From Magallana gigas (Eukaryota): a stretch of 64,000 nt of DNA. Position 1 is the stretch's first letter. The number at the start of each line of letters is the position of its first letter. The position numbers were made by a program, and so were the translations under genes. The notes under the pieces are model-generated. The model did no database searches. It was not told the DNA's origin and was given only the letters and a program-made list of their open reading frames with translations. The stretch is from the NCBI RefSeq assembly GCF_963853765.1, contig NC_088858.1:15500001-15564000 (forward strand), given 5' to 3'. Below, piece after piece: positions 27,001 to 39,281 of this stretch.

Positions 27001-30000
27001 GATTTATTCGCAAAGAAACATAATGTCCTTCATTCCGAATTACGATGTAAAGAGATTTTAATTTACAACCATGTTATTTCAATAAACTGTTGACTTTGGT
27101 TAAAATGTAACTTCATAAATCTTTGCAGACATAGATCATACAAAAGCTACTCTGTTCTTGGTTTACATAATGGAAGAAGAAAGAACCACGTAAAACACAG
27201 TTTAATAAATGAAAACAAAAATCAACGATAAAGGTTTCATATCAATTTAAAGGTTATGCAGATGATTTCAAATAATTTCCCACCACTTTAAAATCATGCA
27301 TTTTAGATTCATCTATTTTTTCAGGAAGCAAGATTAAGAGATATTTCCCCATGAATCTAATCAGAAAGTCACGCAATCTTGAGCTGTTATCTTGGTTATC
27401 ATCAATCAGTCGGTGCACTTTTCTAATGACTTCCTTTAATAAAAACTAAGTATTGATTTGTTGCATTACCCTTAAAGAACTTTTATGAACGAAAGTCAAA
27501 CATCCCTAGATTTAAATAATTATGTATTACTTGGCTCCATTAAGAGTTTAACATATTCTCTTCTCTCGAACAGCTTAATTAATGATACGTCAACTTTAAA
27601 ATAAGATTCAAGTTTTACAGGAAAAGTAAGTTCCTTTGTACATGATATATCATTACATAATTTACACGATTATTTCAAGACAGCAACTAAGAATTACTTT
27701 GAAAATTTTAAGAATGTAAACCTCCCCCTAAAATTCTAGAAAAGAAATAATTCAATAGGTTTTAAAATTAGTATTTATCAGCATATTGTACACAATGAAA
27801 GATCTTGCAAATCTCCATAACTTTCATATTCTGCATTTTTTCGGGATTTTTTTTAGTCCTAACTTGCAGACACTGGTTTATTTTGTTGCACAGACTTTGA
27901 AACTTGCACTGATTAAAAGACTACCTTACCTTTGATATTTGTGTTCGTCCATCGTACTTGTGTGGTGAAATTTAAAACATGTAAGCCTCCTTTAAAAATC
28001 TACAAGGTCAATCTTTTTAAAGCGTTTTACTTGTAACGTCTATATTGGAAAGATAAATACTAAGAATGTGAAATGTATGACCGACATCCCCTGAAGCCTT
28101 ACCTATACTGGGTAAAAGGTGTTGAAAATTAAAAAAAAAATCTCTTCTTGAACCAGAAATCTAGCGGTAAAACAGGGTACTTTGGAAGGTAAACATGGAG
28201 CTTCCATCAAAATTGTAAGAAATGGAGAAACGGAAAGTTATGGGGTTTCCATCAAAATCGTGCGATCCATGCCCTCGCTAGATCAATGATTTCTGATGTA
28301 AAAATGGATTTCTATCGCTAATATAGTAAATGTTATTTAATCACTTAAATTTGTTTTCTTCCTTGTCGGTGCTTAGAAGATAAATATGAGCAAGGAAGCA
28401 TAATATACCATAAATGTGAAAGCCATGGTTCCATATTGTTATACGTTCTGGGGCTAGGGTAGGGTATTTAAAACGCGTTCAAAGATTATTCTTTTATATA
28501 ATTTTTTCTTGACATCTCGCAATGAAATGAAAGGCATTAGGATGAACTTGATTATAAAACATCTGGCATTGAGTTTCAAATGCAAAAGAAAGGAATAGGT
28601 TATGTAGTGAAAATTGCTATTAATTTTTTTCTACTATCCTGTTTAAAAAAAAACTTGGTGAGGTATATATTACAATTTTGAATCTACGATGCAAGGTTGC
28701 AGAAATAAGCAAACGTGGCCCCGCAATGATCTATCCGAAGCAACTGCAGTGACGAAAGTGTCATAATAAAGAATCTATTAGTGTTTCAGTATAAAGCCTC
28801 TTTTATAATTCTAATCAGATCACTTTATTATAAATAAAATTACATGTACATTAACAAACATTTGATTATCATTATAAACTTAAAGATAAGCATTAGGGTG
28901 TAGGTTTTTTTTTTCTCTCGCAATGATCCCTAACGTATCCCCACACATCATGTATCTTTATAAGCACATTCAATTAAAGCCAGTTAAAATATGTTATATG
29001 TTATACATTATCTCCCTTATCAATACATAAATTAAATTATTAACGGTTTTCGCATAGCCCAATTTGTTGCGTACACAAAAAAGGAAAATGCAGTTGCTAA
29101 GTGATGCAGGTTATGTCATATTTTGATAATTCAAACCTCCAAAGTAGTTTCGAATGTAAATATTCAAACTACTGAGCTTATGAGAAAAGAAAAAAAAATA
29201 ATCGAAAAACTGTTTATCAAGTTAGCTGAGAATGCATTGGTTTCTATCTAATATATATTCCATTAAGCTAAGCAAGGTTAAAACAATCATTTATTCTAGT
29301 ATATATAATTATATATCATTTCGTCTAATCCCAGAGCAATTTTTTTCAAAGTGCGTAAATATCGACGATATCAACGCACTTTGAAAAAAATATTTTTTTT
29401 TCAAAGTGCATTGACTTGGTCCCGAAATTAACGCACTCTGAAAAAAATTCTTTAAAGTGTGTAATTTTTCAAATTGCGTTGTAAGAGTGCATAAATACAA
29501 TACTCTGATTTAAAACCACTACCACCTCCTTATACGGACGAAAATATTACACGCTTTATGTTTTGTCTAATAATAAATCAAAAGAACTTCGTTCCGATTT
29601 TTCCAATCTTACTCATGCAGAAAACCTCCCTCCAAAGCGGTATCAAACGAAAAATCACCTGAGATATTGAAATTTAACAAGCTATTATTGTTTGAAGGTC
29701 GCGGAATTTGATTGGCCTTTGACGATATTTTTCAACTACAAGCGTTTCAGCAGATTTAACAAGATCCCTTCTTCTTTCTCCTACAGTTCAGTGCATTAGA
29801 TCAAATCGTTAGTGGTCGAAGACTCGAATCAAGACAGTGTGACAAAGGTTTAATTTTATAAAATGATCCAGAAAAACAAGCATTTTTAATATCGACACAT
29901 ACGGATTATTTTTAGTTAATATTGGAAGTGATCATATATGATATTTCGACGAGTTTAAACTTTTATTTTCTTTTTAATCTTGTTTAAAAAGAAATTAATT

Positions 30001-31987
30001 GCGACTAATTTATGTCATTCAAAATGACACTTTGTAATTAACCGTCACTTAATTAGTGGTTACGATGACAGGTTTCAGTAGGACATTATTCATAATCGTC
30101 CAGACGTTTCTACTCAGTTTCAAACCCAATCAGTCATAAATTATCATGATCATCACCTTCTCTAAAACATTGGTTAATGGTTTTTTAAACTTAGCTTATT
30201 CATGTAAATTTAAAAAATTTTAGTCGAGCGAAAAAGATATAAACACTAAATGAAGGCATTATTATATAATTAATAAAAAAGGTATTCAACAAATGTTAAA
30301 ACCAATAAATTGGAGAATCTGAAAAATACCATAGAAATCAATTTATAAAAAAGTTGTTCATAAATGTTTTTAAAAAATATTAGCTCGATGCATTTAAACG
30401 TATCTACACTTCCTAACTTACGCTCGCATTTGTAAAATATCTTGTTATGTATACCCCATGTACAATGGATATGGTTTGAGAGAAACAATAAAATTACCAT
30501 TCATTGATAATAATATAAAATGAACACATTAAAAAGAATCCACACATGATAAAAACCAATGATATAAAACAAAATACGCCTTTTTAAAATGAAGTCATGT
30601 TTTAAAGATATGTATTATGTTGATTTTTATTTTAAAAAAGATTATATATCTTAACATTAAAACTTAATAATAATATTTGAAAGAATATGTAGTTTCATAA
30701 TAAATTAAAAAGTGGTGACTTTTTTTTTTAATTTTGAGATTCCCCCATTCTTTCAATTCCACAGGAGTTTCTTTGATCCTATACGTTCAAAACGTGCACA
30801 TTTATGTGTCCATCTCTACGAGCGTTCGTCGATACAATTTTTTGTTATGTTCTAATTTGATTTACCCTCAATGCTTCGATAAGAAAATCTTTTTTAAAAT
30901 CGTATGTAATAACGAGCGAGAGTTTACTAGTTTTATAATAAGACATATACGAATTTGTAAAATATTTTGATAGCAAAACTATTGATAATGTCCCTAATTT
31001 TTTAGTTTGTTTTTAATTGACATTAAGAATCGCAAATTGGAATTGTGATTAAAGTGGTCCATAACACCCCCAACAACACTAAATCCACTAAACTGTTTGA
31101 TTCCTGACATCATTAAAGATCTTCAATCTTAATTAAGTAGAAAATTTTTTTAAAATTTGCTCTTTCGATTCACACTATTCATTTATTTAAAAGGATCTTA
31201 AATATGTTTAATGTTTAATAAACAAATTAAAAGCGAATATTTTTGTATTTAACAAAATTTCAAAATTTTAATGTTTATTTTAATTTCATGTTACAGTTTT
31301 GGGACAAGGTAAACTGTTTTTAAATGAGCTGTAAAACATTAAGTGAAACAATAATTTCCCCTTCCTCATTTAACACCGTTTAAGAAGAACTTTCAAGAAA
31401 GAACAAATCCATAACCAAATTATATAGCAATATTTTCCCCCTAATGCGTAGTTGAAAAGAACTGTCAAAAACAAAAGGATAACTTACCCTCTAATTTGTT
31501 CAGGACAAACTTTCTATCGTATTCTGTTTTTTTAACATAACGAATAAGTATTTTCTAGATCTGAACCATTTAAAAAATATTGTATGTGTGTCAACAGTTT
31601 TTTATAAGGACAGTTAGGTTAAAGGTGACTATAAACTTTTTGTAATCTCACAATTCTGCGCTTTGTTTCCATAAATATATTAGTAACAACCAATGAATAT
31701 TAATTCAATTATCAAACAAACAAGATAACTGTGCTCTGAATTTGATGACTAAGAGGAAGTGGAATTATAATGTGGTTGAGGAGGAGCATGGTCCAATATA
31801 ACGGGAATATGATTTATATAACTATATCAAAAATAGATTATACAAGATTAAAAAAAGAAAAGTCATTACCTTTCATGAAATAATCATCATGATCAAAACG
31901 TATGATTAGTTTGTCTCAAATTTGCATCATAATCACGTTCCACTGTTTTATTTTTAAGAATTAGTTTGTTTTCATGCTTTACATTGA

Positions 31988-32015
31988 TGACGTATGTTTT
32001 TGAAAATATATAAAA
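31988..32015 (+). promoter_or_regulatory. Promoter of cluster gene 3: TGACGT plus TATA box
   Basis: TGACGTAT at 31988-31995, TATAAAA at 32009-32015, AGGAC at 32039. Exon 1 donor CAG|GTAAGA at 32078. Confidence 0.72.
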
Positions 32016-32788
32016 GGGATACGGTTAAACAAAACAGTAGGACTTTTAGTTTAAGAGCCTCCAGATCCACACAGCAGGTAAGAAAGAAATACACCTCTCG
32101 TTTACATTTCGCAGCTTCTAAATCGGATTTTTTTTAAACTGTATTAGTCTCCCTAAGAAGAAAAGTTCTGTGCTTATGCTTTCTTTATTTTCTATACTTA
32201 ATAATAGTTTAAAGCTTAACAAATAATATCGAACAATATAGAGAAGATCTGATGGTTATATTAAATTGTTGACCACCCAGCTACCATAAACGGGGCTAAG
32301 TAAATTAAGAAACGCCAAAACTTCAAATTCAATAGTCGATTGCTCATATTCCTATTTTTTCTGTCGAACAATAGTTCAAATGAAGCCATTCGTTTAATTA
32401 CATTATAAGTATATTTAAACTACTTTTCAATAAAAAAAATCAATAATAATAGACTCATATATATCTGATAAATCATTGTAGATGATTAAATGTAAGTTCA
32501 GATATTATTTATTGTCAACGATTTTTTTTATAAACCCAAGTAGTAAGGAAAATAGCGGCTTTTTAGTACTTAGTAGAATGAATTTAACGGTATCTATGTT
32601 AAATACTTTTATCTCATGAAATGTGCACCTAAATACGGTTCCAACAATATGCTTTAAGAATAGTTGAATGATGTATTACCGAGAAAGCACTATCACAAGC
32701 CCTATCCTAAATTACAACATTGAATAAAAATTGGCAAAATATACACATCTTTTTTTTAGACCCAACTATTTGTCTTCCATTTGTAGTC

Positions 32789-33956
32789 ATGATCAAGCAA
32801 ATCTTCCTCCTCTGCTCCTTGGCCAGTGTTTTTGCCGATTCTGAAAAATACGGTGGTTGCAATGGCTACGGATGTGCCGTTGGTGTAAACCAGTACGGCC
32901 CAGGGGGTGCATCCAGTACCTTCTTTTCCTCTGGAGGAATTGGCGGACAGCAAGTATTGGGTGGACTTGAACATCAATTGCTCGGTGGATCTTTAGGAGG
33001 TCTAGGACCCATTGCTGCCGGTCCAGGTGGCGCTGCTGCTTCAAGTGCCGCTGCTTCCAGTGGGCGCTTTGGAGGCTCTGCTGCATCATCAGCAGCAGCT
33101 AGTGGAGCACCAGGTTTAAACTTTGCAGGACCCGTTGGTTTTGGAAACAATGGTTTCAATGGTTTCAATAGCTTTGACGATGGCAACTTTGGCTTGAATA
33201 ATTTTGGATTGAATTCCGCCGGGCCCGGGGCTGCTGCCTCATCAAGTGCCGCTGCTGCCGGTGGACCTTTTGGTGGAGCTGCTTCCTCCTCAGCCGCTGC
33301 ATCAGGTGCTCCTGGTTTCGGTAACAACGTCGGTTTCCCAGGTCTTCAAGGATTCCAAGGTGGTTTCCAAGGATTCCAAGGTGGCCTTCAAGGATTTCAA
33401 GGTGGTCTCCAAGGATTCCAAGGTGGTCTTCAAGGATTCCAAGGTGGCCTTCAAGGATTTCAAGGCGGTCTCCAAGGATTCCAAGGTGGTTTCCAGGGAG
33501 TACAAGGGTTCCAGGGATTCCCAGGCGTCCCATCCTTTGGATTTCCAGGGAGTGCTGCAGCCGGAGCCGCGGCTTCTAGTGACGACGGATCAGCCTCCGC
33601 ATCCTCTGCTGCCTCTACTGGTGCCCAAGCCTCCGTTTCTGGTTCAAATTTCCCAGGTATTGGACGACCTTATCCATTCCCCGGAAGTGTACTTCCTACC
33701 TATCCCGTTGTACCGCAAGTTTACCCAGGAGTCCCCACTTACCCACTTCCAGGCGTATCCACTTACCCAGTCCCAGGGGCGCCCGTAACATCTTATCCAT
33801 TTCCCTCGCGTAGACCATTCAGACCGATTGGAAGGGTATGTATCTTATTTATACGGCATCTTCATGTCTTACTCTAAGCAGAATCTTTATTTTTCAATTC
33901 TATTAAGCATTCAAATGTAAACAAACTTTTTTTTTCTATTTCAGAAGGTATATTGA
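32789..33956 (+). CDS. Secreted Gly/Ala/Gln-rich silk-like protein, cluster gene 3 (352 aa; coding exons 32789-33835 and 33945-33956)
   Basis: Acceptor TTGTAG at 32786. Signal peptide MIKQIFLLCSLASVFA then DSEKYGGCNGYGC. Three Ala/Ser modules, GGLQGFQ heptads and a PGVPTYP region. Donor at 33836 and acceptor at 33944 give AAG GTA TAT TGA (RKVY*). Confidence 0.9.
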
Positions 33957-34593
33957 GAAAATTTGTCCAGAAATACTCAATCCAGGAATACTTTGATACC
34001 ATCTCATATTGTTGTTGTTGTGTATCTGTTTTAAAGCAATCAAATTATTAAATAAATAATACTTGAATTGTTGTGCTTTGTATCATCACCATTTAATGCT
34101 AAACAAAAGGTTTATTGTGGTTTAAACGTTTTTCGTTTAGCATCAATTCCTTATTAATCCAGTTAACGCGAAATCTTATGTTCAAAGATGTAACAATTTT
34201 TATGAATAGGACCATTGTCCTCGAACATTCATATCATCTAAATTGTGCAATTACCTATTTTCTGAAATATTGATTCCTCACAGTGTATGAAAAGGGTTTG
34301 GTTGTTGGAACGCAGTAAACGTTGGATATAAAATGCGCATTTGCCAGTCATGAAACAAGGGGTACTAATCTAAATTATTGTGAAGGTAGACGCCTGAATG
34401 AAAACTAATTTTGATGGGACCTTTACTATTTCCAGCCATTCACAGTCAGTTTTGTGAATTTCACGTATTTTTCAAAGTAATTTCATTCAAATAATTGACA
34501 ATTCTCATATGGCTCGTCGTAGTGACACCAGAAAATCTATTCAAGCAAAACGAGATTACGCTTTTTTTAAAACCAAAACCTTAAGACAGCATG

Positions 34594-35405
34594 AGGACCC
34601 GTTGGTTTTGGAAACAATGGTTTCAATAGCTTTGACGATGGCAGCTTTGGCTTGAATAATTTTGGATTCAATTCCGGTGGAGCTGCTTCTGCAGCCTCTA
34701 GCGCTGCCGCCGCCGGTGGACCTTTTGGTGGAGCTGCTTCCTCCTCAGCCGCTGCATCAGGTGCTCCTGGTTTTGGTTTGAATGTTGGTTTCCCAGGTCT
34801 CCTAGGATTCCAAGGTGGTCTCCAAGGATTCCAAGGTGGTCTCCAAGGATTCCAAGGTGGTCTCCAAGGATTCCAAAGTGGTCTCCAAGGATTCCTAGGT
34901 GGTTTCCAAGGAGTACAAGGTGGTTTCCAAGGAGTACAAGGGTTCCAGGGATTCCCAGGCGTCCCATCCTTTGGATTTCCTGGAGGTGCTGCAGCCGGAG
35001 CCGCGGCTTCTAGTGACGACGGATCAGCCTCCGCCTCCTCTGCTGCTTCTACTGGCGCCCAAGCCTCCGTTTCAAGTTCAAAATTTCCAGGAGTCCCCAC
35101 TTACCCAATTCCAGGCGTGCCCACTTATCCACTTCCAGGCGTACCCACCTACCCAGTTCCAGGCGTACCCACTTACCCAGTTCCAGGCGTGCCCACTTAC
35201 CCACGTCGTGGCGTACCTAGTTACCCACTTCCAGGCGTACCTTTACCCCCTTTTTCAGGTCAACCACGTAGACCATTTGGAAAGGTATGTATCACTCAAT
35301 TTTCGAACAACAATTGCAAATGTAACTCTTAGCTACATCTTTATTTTGCAGCCATGCAATTAAAGGTTTAACATTTTCCTTTTTCTCTTTCAGAGGGTAT
35401 ATTGA
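34594..35405 (+). pseudogene. 5'-truncated paralog (cluster gene 4): 3' two-thirds of exon 2, intron, last exon and polyA signal
   Basis: Starts abruptly at AGGACCCGTTGG, mid exon 2, with an in-frame TGA at the junction and no promoter, exon 1 or signal peptide. Open for 230 codons to a donor at 35285. Acceptor at 35393 gives AGG GTA TAT TGA (KRVY*). AATAAA at 35482. Confidence 0.85.
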
Positions 35406-36375
35406 GAAGTTGAGAATAAACCAATCCAGAAATACACTGATCACCATTTGCAATATTGTTGTTGTGTGTCTGTTATTAAGCAATAAAAAAAAATAACAAT
35501 TTCTACTAGACTTTTTGTTGCTTGTTGATACATTGTTTAAATGCTTTTAATTTACTGACAATACGGCTTACTGTGGTTTTATCAGTTTTTTTCTGTTTTG
35601 CGGTAAAGTGTGATGATTTTATTTGTTCAGCCGTAGTTGAGGCGATCAACGAAATTAAATTTTCAGTAATAAATCGAATTCACATCAATTTTAATGAATT
35701 TTGTAAGACAATTTTAAACAAAGCTTCGTATAATTAAAACTGAGCATTGTACATTATACAAGACGATTAAATGCTTATGGTGTATGAAAAGGAATTTATT
35801 ACTGGAAAACAGCGAATTTTACAATGTATATTAAATGTGTACTGTGGCATGGAGCGCAAATACTCTTTACTGTAAAAGAGGACGCTCGTTTAATACGGCA
35901 AGTTTATAATCCTTTGCATTTTCGGTCAACTATAGGCCGATCAATTTGGAGTATTTTTGTAGAAGTTTCTTCACACTTCTAGCATGTTAAAATAATCTCA
36001 CTCTATAACAGAGATACACTAAATCTGAAGACATCAAATATAAAACTTAATAATTTTTGTTTTTACTTTGCACGCAATGAATTATTTGGTGAAAATAACC
36101 AATGGAAGCAAACTGAAAAAATTAAAAACATAAATCTTCATTAAACACACAGAATGCTTGACTGGCATTTTGGAATGACCTTTGAATTAAAATTAAATCG
36201 ACAGTTTCTATTTAATTAGGTTGGCTCACTACAGTACACCTCTTTGAAATAGTTTCTCACAGAAATTTACATGATTCTGATGGAAATGGTTTATAAAAGT
36301 ATAGAAATCGATGGAAATTTTGGATTAAAAAATAATTTTTTCAAGCATTTAGTTCAGTCAATGTGAACAAAATCC

Positions 36376-36430
36376 CAAGGCGGGTTGAAACTCATGACCT
36401 GCGGTTTACAAGCCCGATACTTTAACCACT
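36376..36430 (-). mobile_element. tRNA-derived SINE head fragment
   Basis: Minus strand AGTGGTTAAAGTATCGGGCTTGTAAACCGCAGGTCATGAGTTTCAACCCGCC has degenerate A-box and B-box-like segments but no complete cloverleaf. Confidence 0.45.
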
Positions 36431-36870
36431 ATTTATATAATGTATTTCTACTCTTATGTTTTTCCTATAAAATGATCATACAAGAATTATAATATTGCGG
36501 AATCGTCAAGAAAACGGCCACACAGTGTTGTCTCATTGAATATGACATGTCCAGTATAATTGATTTTTGGATTGAGGTGAAATAGTCGTAAAGTACCCAG
36601 ATAAAGTCTTTGGTTAAGAAGTAAATTACCCCCAAAAAATTATCATAATCATAAAAATTATTGATATACTGTCTTGAAACATTTTAAGATATGATTTGTG
36701 TAGCTTAATAAAAATAGCTGAAATTGAAACCCCTCGAAAACCATGTCAACCGACGCAATGCAGAGGTTGACAATGGTTTTCGAGAGGTGTCAATTTCAAA
36801 TGTTTCTGAAATGACTTGAATTCTACGGAGAACTGTACGCGCATAATGTACGCGCATGTAACAATTCGTT

Positions 36871-37240
36871 TTATTATACTTTCATGTTAAATACTGAAAT
36901 CTGATTGTTGTAGACGCAGTTGGTAATCCGTTCTATTACCCTTAGCGTTAGCAACACACTTGACAACGGGTAACACAACCCAAATTGTTACATGCGCGTA
37001 AATTATGCGCGTACGGTTAACAGTAGAATTCACTTCATTTCTATATAAAAACAGTAAAATTTTCTTTAAAATTAAGACATTCAGTATAATAAAATGAATA
37101 GTGCCTGTTTGGGAGGGTAACTGTTGAAATTGACACCCCTCGAAAACCACTGTCAACCTCAGCATCGCGTCGGTTGATAATGGTTGTCTTGGGGTGTCAA
37201 TTTCAACAGTTACCCTCCCAAACAGGCACTATTTATATAA
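36871..37240 (+). mobile_element. Non-autonomous interspersed repeat with a ~80-bp subterminal hairpin; family unassigned
   Basis: A second, truncated copy lies at 59565-59857 with long near-identity (AAATACTGAAATCTGATT..AGACGCAGTTGGTAATCCGTTCTATTACCC). An inverted copy of the hairpin lies at 36720-36800. Confidence 0.7.
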
Positions 37241-38769
37241 TGGTACCCGTTGCCAAGTATGTTGCAAAGGCTGAGGGTGACAGAACAGATTATTAACGAG
37301 ACTGGGGGTGGCTGCCATTTTAAAGTGCTTTTATCTGTATACAAAAAAGATTTTAACTTCAATGTTCTATAACTCTTACATCGTACTGAAAATTTCTTTT
37401 GAAAGAAATGGATATGATGGTATTAAAGCATTATTTAAAGAGTCAATTGATGGTAAACAAAGGGTTATAAAATGCAAAAAATAATTTCAGCTGTTTTTCA
37501 GCATTTTCTAACCTTTTAAAGGGAGGTAACTTTTAAAACTCTATATATTTTGTAATATTTTCCTTTTATTTCTTTTTTTTTTTTTATTTCACTATCGATT
37601 TTTTTAAATGCTCAATCTTTATTGCACATGCATTGATTATTATTATGTTAAAATTTGGAAATAATCTTGTGGCTACTTTTTATTGTTTTACATATTTGGA
37701 TTTGTATGACATATATATTTTTGGTAAAATTGTGATATTTTTCTTTTTAACAAATAATGGTTAGTTTTTCTGTGTTAATTTTTTGTGATGTTATTGCTAT
37801 GTTTTTTGCCTTTATTTATATTTCTTATATTTTTCATAATTTTTTTTTACATAATGTGCAGTTTTTCTTCAGTTGCAATAAATGATAAAATAACGATGAT
37901 TGTGATGTGGTCTTTTATATTAAAATGTAAACTAAGATTATATGAAACATGTTTGCACATTTGGTGAATCTTGGAGACATTTTTGGACCCCCAGCCTCCT
38001 TAACTGCGTTCAGATTTCAGCTTTCAACATGAAAGAATAATAATAACCAATGTTTAGTAAAGAAAAAAATCTATATACATGTATTTTACATTTCAAATTT
38101 TAGTATCTGCCTATAAATTTATATACATCTCTTCTTTAAAAGGAGATCAATCCAGTTTAATAAAGGACACGGTCATGGTTTTAATCAGATACGACGTACA
38201 TGACATGACAAAGGCATTACAGCTTGCACTAACGAATAAATAAGTAGAAAAATAAAATTAATACACGGGTTGATGTAATAAAAAAGAAGTAATGTTCTTA
38301 ATGAGAACAATTACTTTATCCTAGCTTTTTTCAATGAAAACAGTTTCGAAACAGACGTAGGCTCTCTTTCAAATTAATCTTTAAGAAAATTTCATAAATC
38401 ATCCATGAGTAAAAGAATACATGAATTTATCAAAATCTGATTGAAAAGAACCATGGGGTAGAGTATATACGAGGAATGTTCCAAAAGTAATAACACGTAG
38501 CTGTTTTCACCCACATTTATTAATGGAATTTATCTCTAAGGATAAATTCATTGATACAAGGAACAGCAACCTTATCTTAAGTCGTGATCCTAATAAGGAT
38601 CAAGTTAGTGTTAGCTTAACCATCGGGTTTGGTGTTTACAATTAATATCGGGTTCGTGCTCAAAGCTTGGAAATATGTGGTCAACCAACTGCTTCAAGGG
38701 TCTACCTAACTTAGCCATTAACCCGCTTTGAGCAAAGCGCTATTTATCTACTATTTGGTCCATCGATTA

Positions 38770-39281
38770 TTTATTTACTCAATCCATCGATTGTCAATTA
38801 TGATTGATAGATTGATTGATTATGAATTGTTTGATTCAATAATTATATTGCTAATGTCATTGATTTATATTGATTGTCTAAACAGTTTGATTGATTGATT
38901 ATTTATAAATTGATTGATTGAACAATTATATTGTCAATGTGATGATTCATAATCATTGATTGAACAATTGATTGTTGATGTGATGATTGATTGATTGATT
39001 AATTGTAAAGCCATATACCTGCTCACCAATTTGGTGGCAGGTCGGTTGAATGGCATGTCAAACGTTGAATTATTCGATCGTTTCCATTTGCATTGTATAA
39101 ATATCTATCTGTATTGTATAAATTTCTATCTGTATTCTATAATTTTCCATTTGTATTGTATAAATATTCAGTTCAATTGTATGATTTTTCTATTTGTATT
39201 CTATAATATACCATTTGTATTCTATAATTTTCCATTTGTATTCTTTAATTTTACATTTGTATTCTACAATTTTACATTTGT
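38770..39281. repeat. Degenerate (GATT)-rich tract followed by a ~21-bp minisatellite
   Basis: TTGA/GATT repeats at about 38770-39000. About ten TTTCCATTTGTATTCTATAAT-like units at about 39080-39281. Confidence 0.7.

Noticed and set aside
24200-31500. Additional cluster paralogs in the long spacers (10.5-16.7 kb, 18-32 kb, 35.5-40 kb)
   Set aside because: No Gly/Ala-rich coding stretch, promoter module or KVY exon was seen. The short AT-rich ORFs there look random, and some stretches may be heavily decayed transposon remnants that I could not assign.
36376-36430. Possible tRNA gene
   Set aside because: The stems are incomplete and the B box is degenerate. A SINE-derived fragment fits better.
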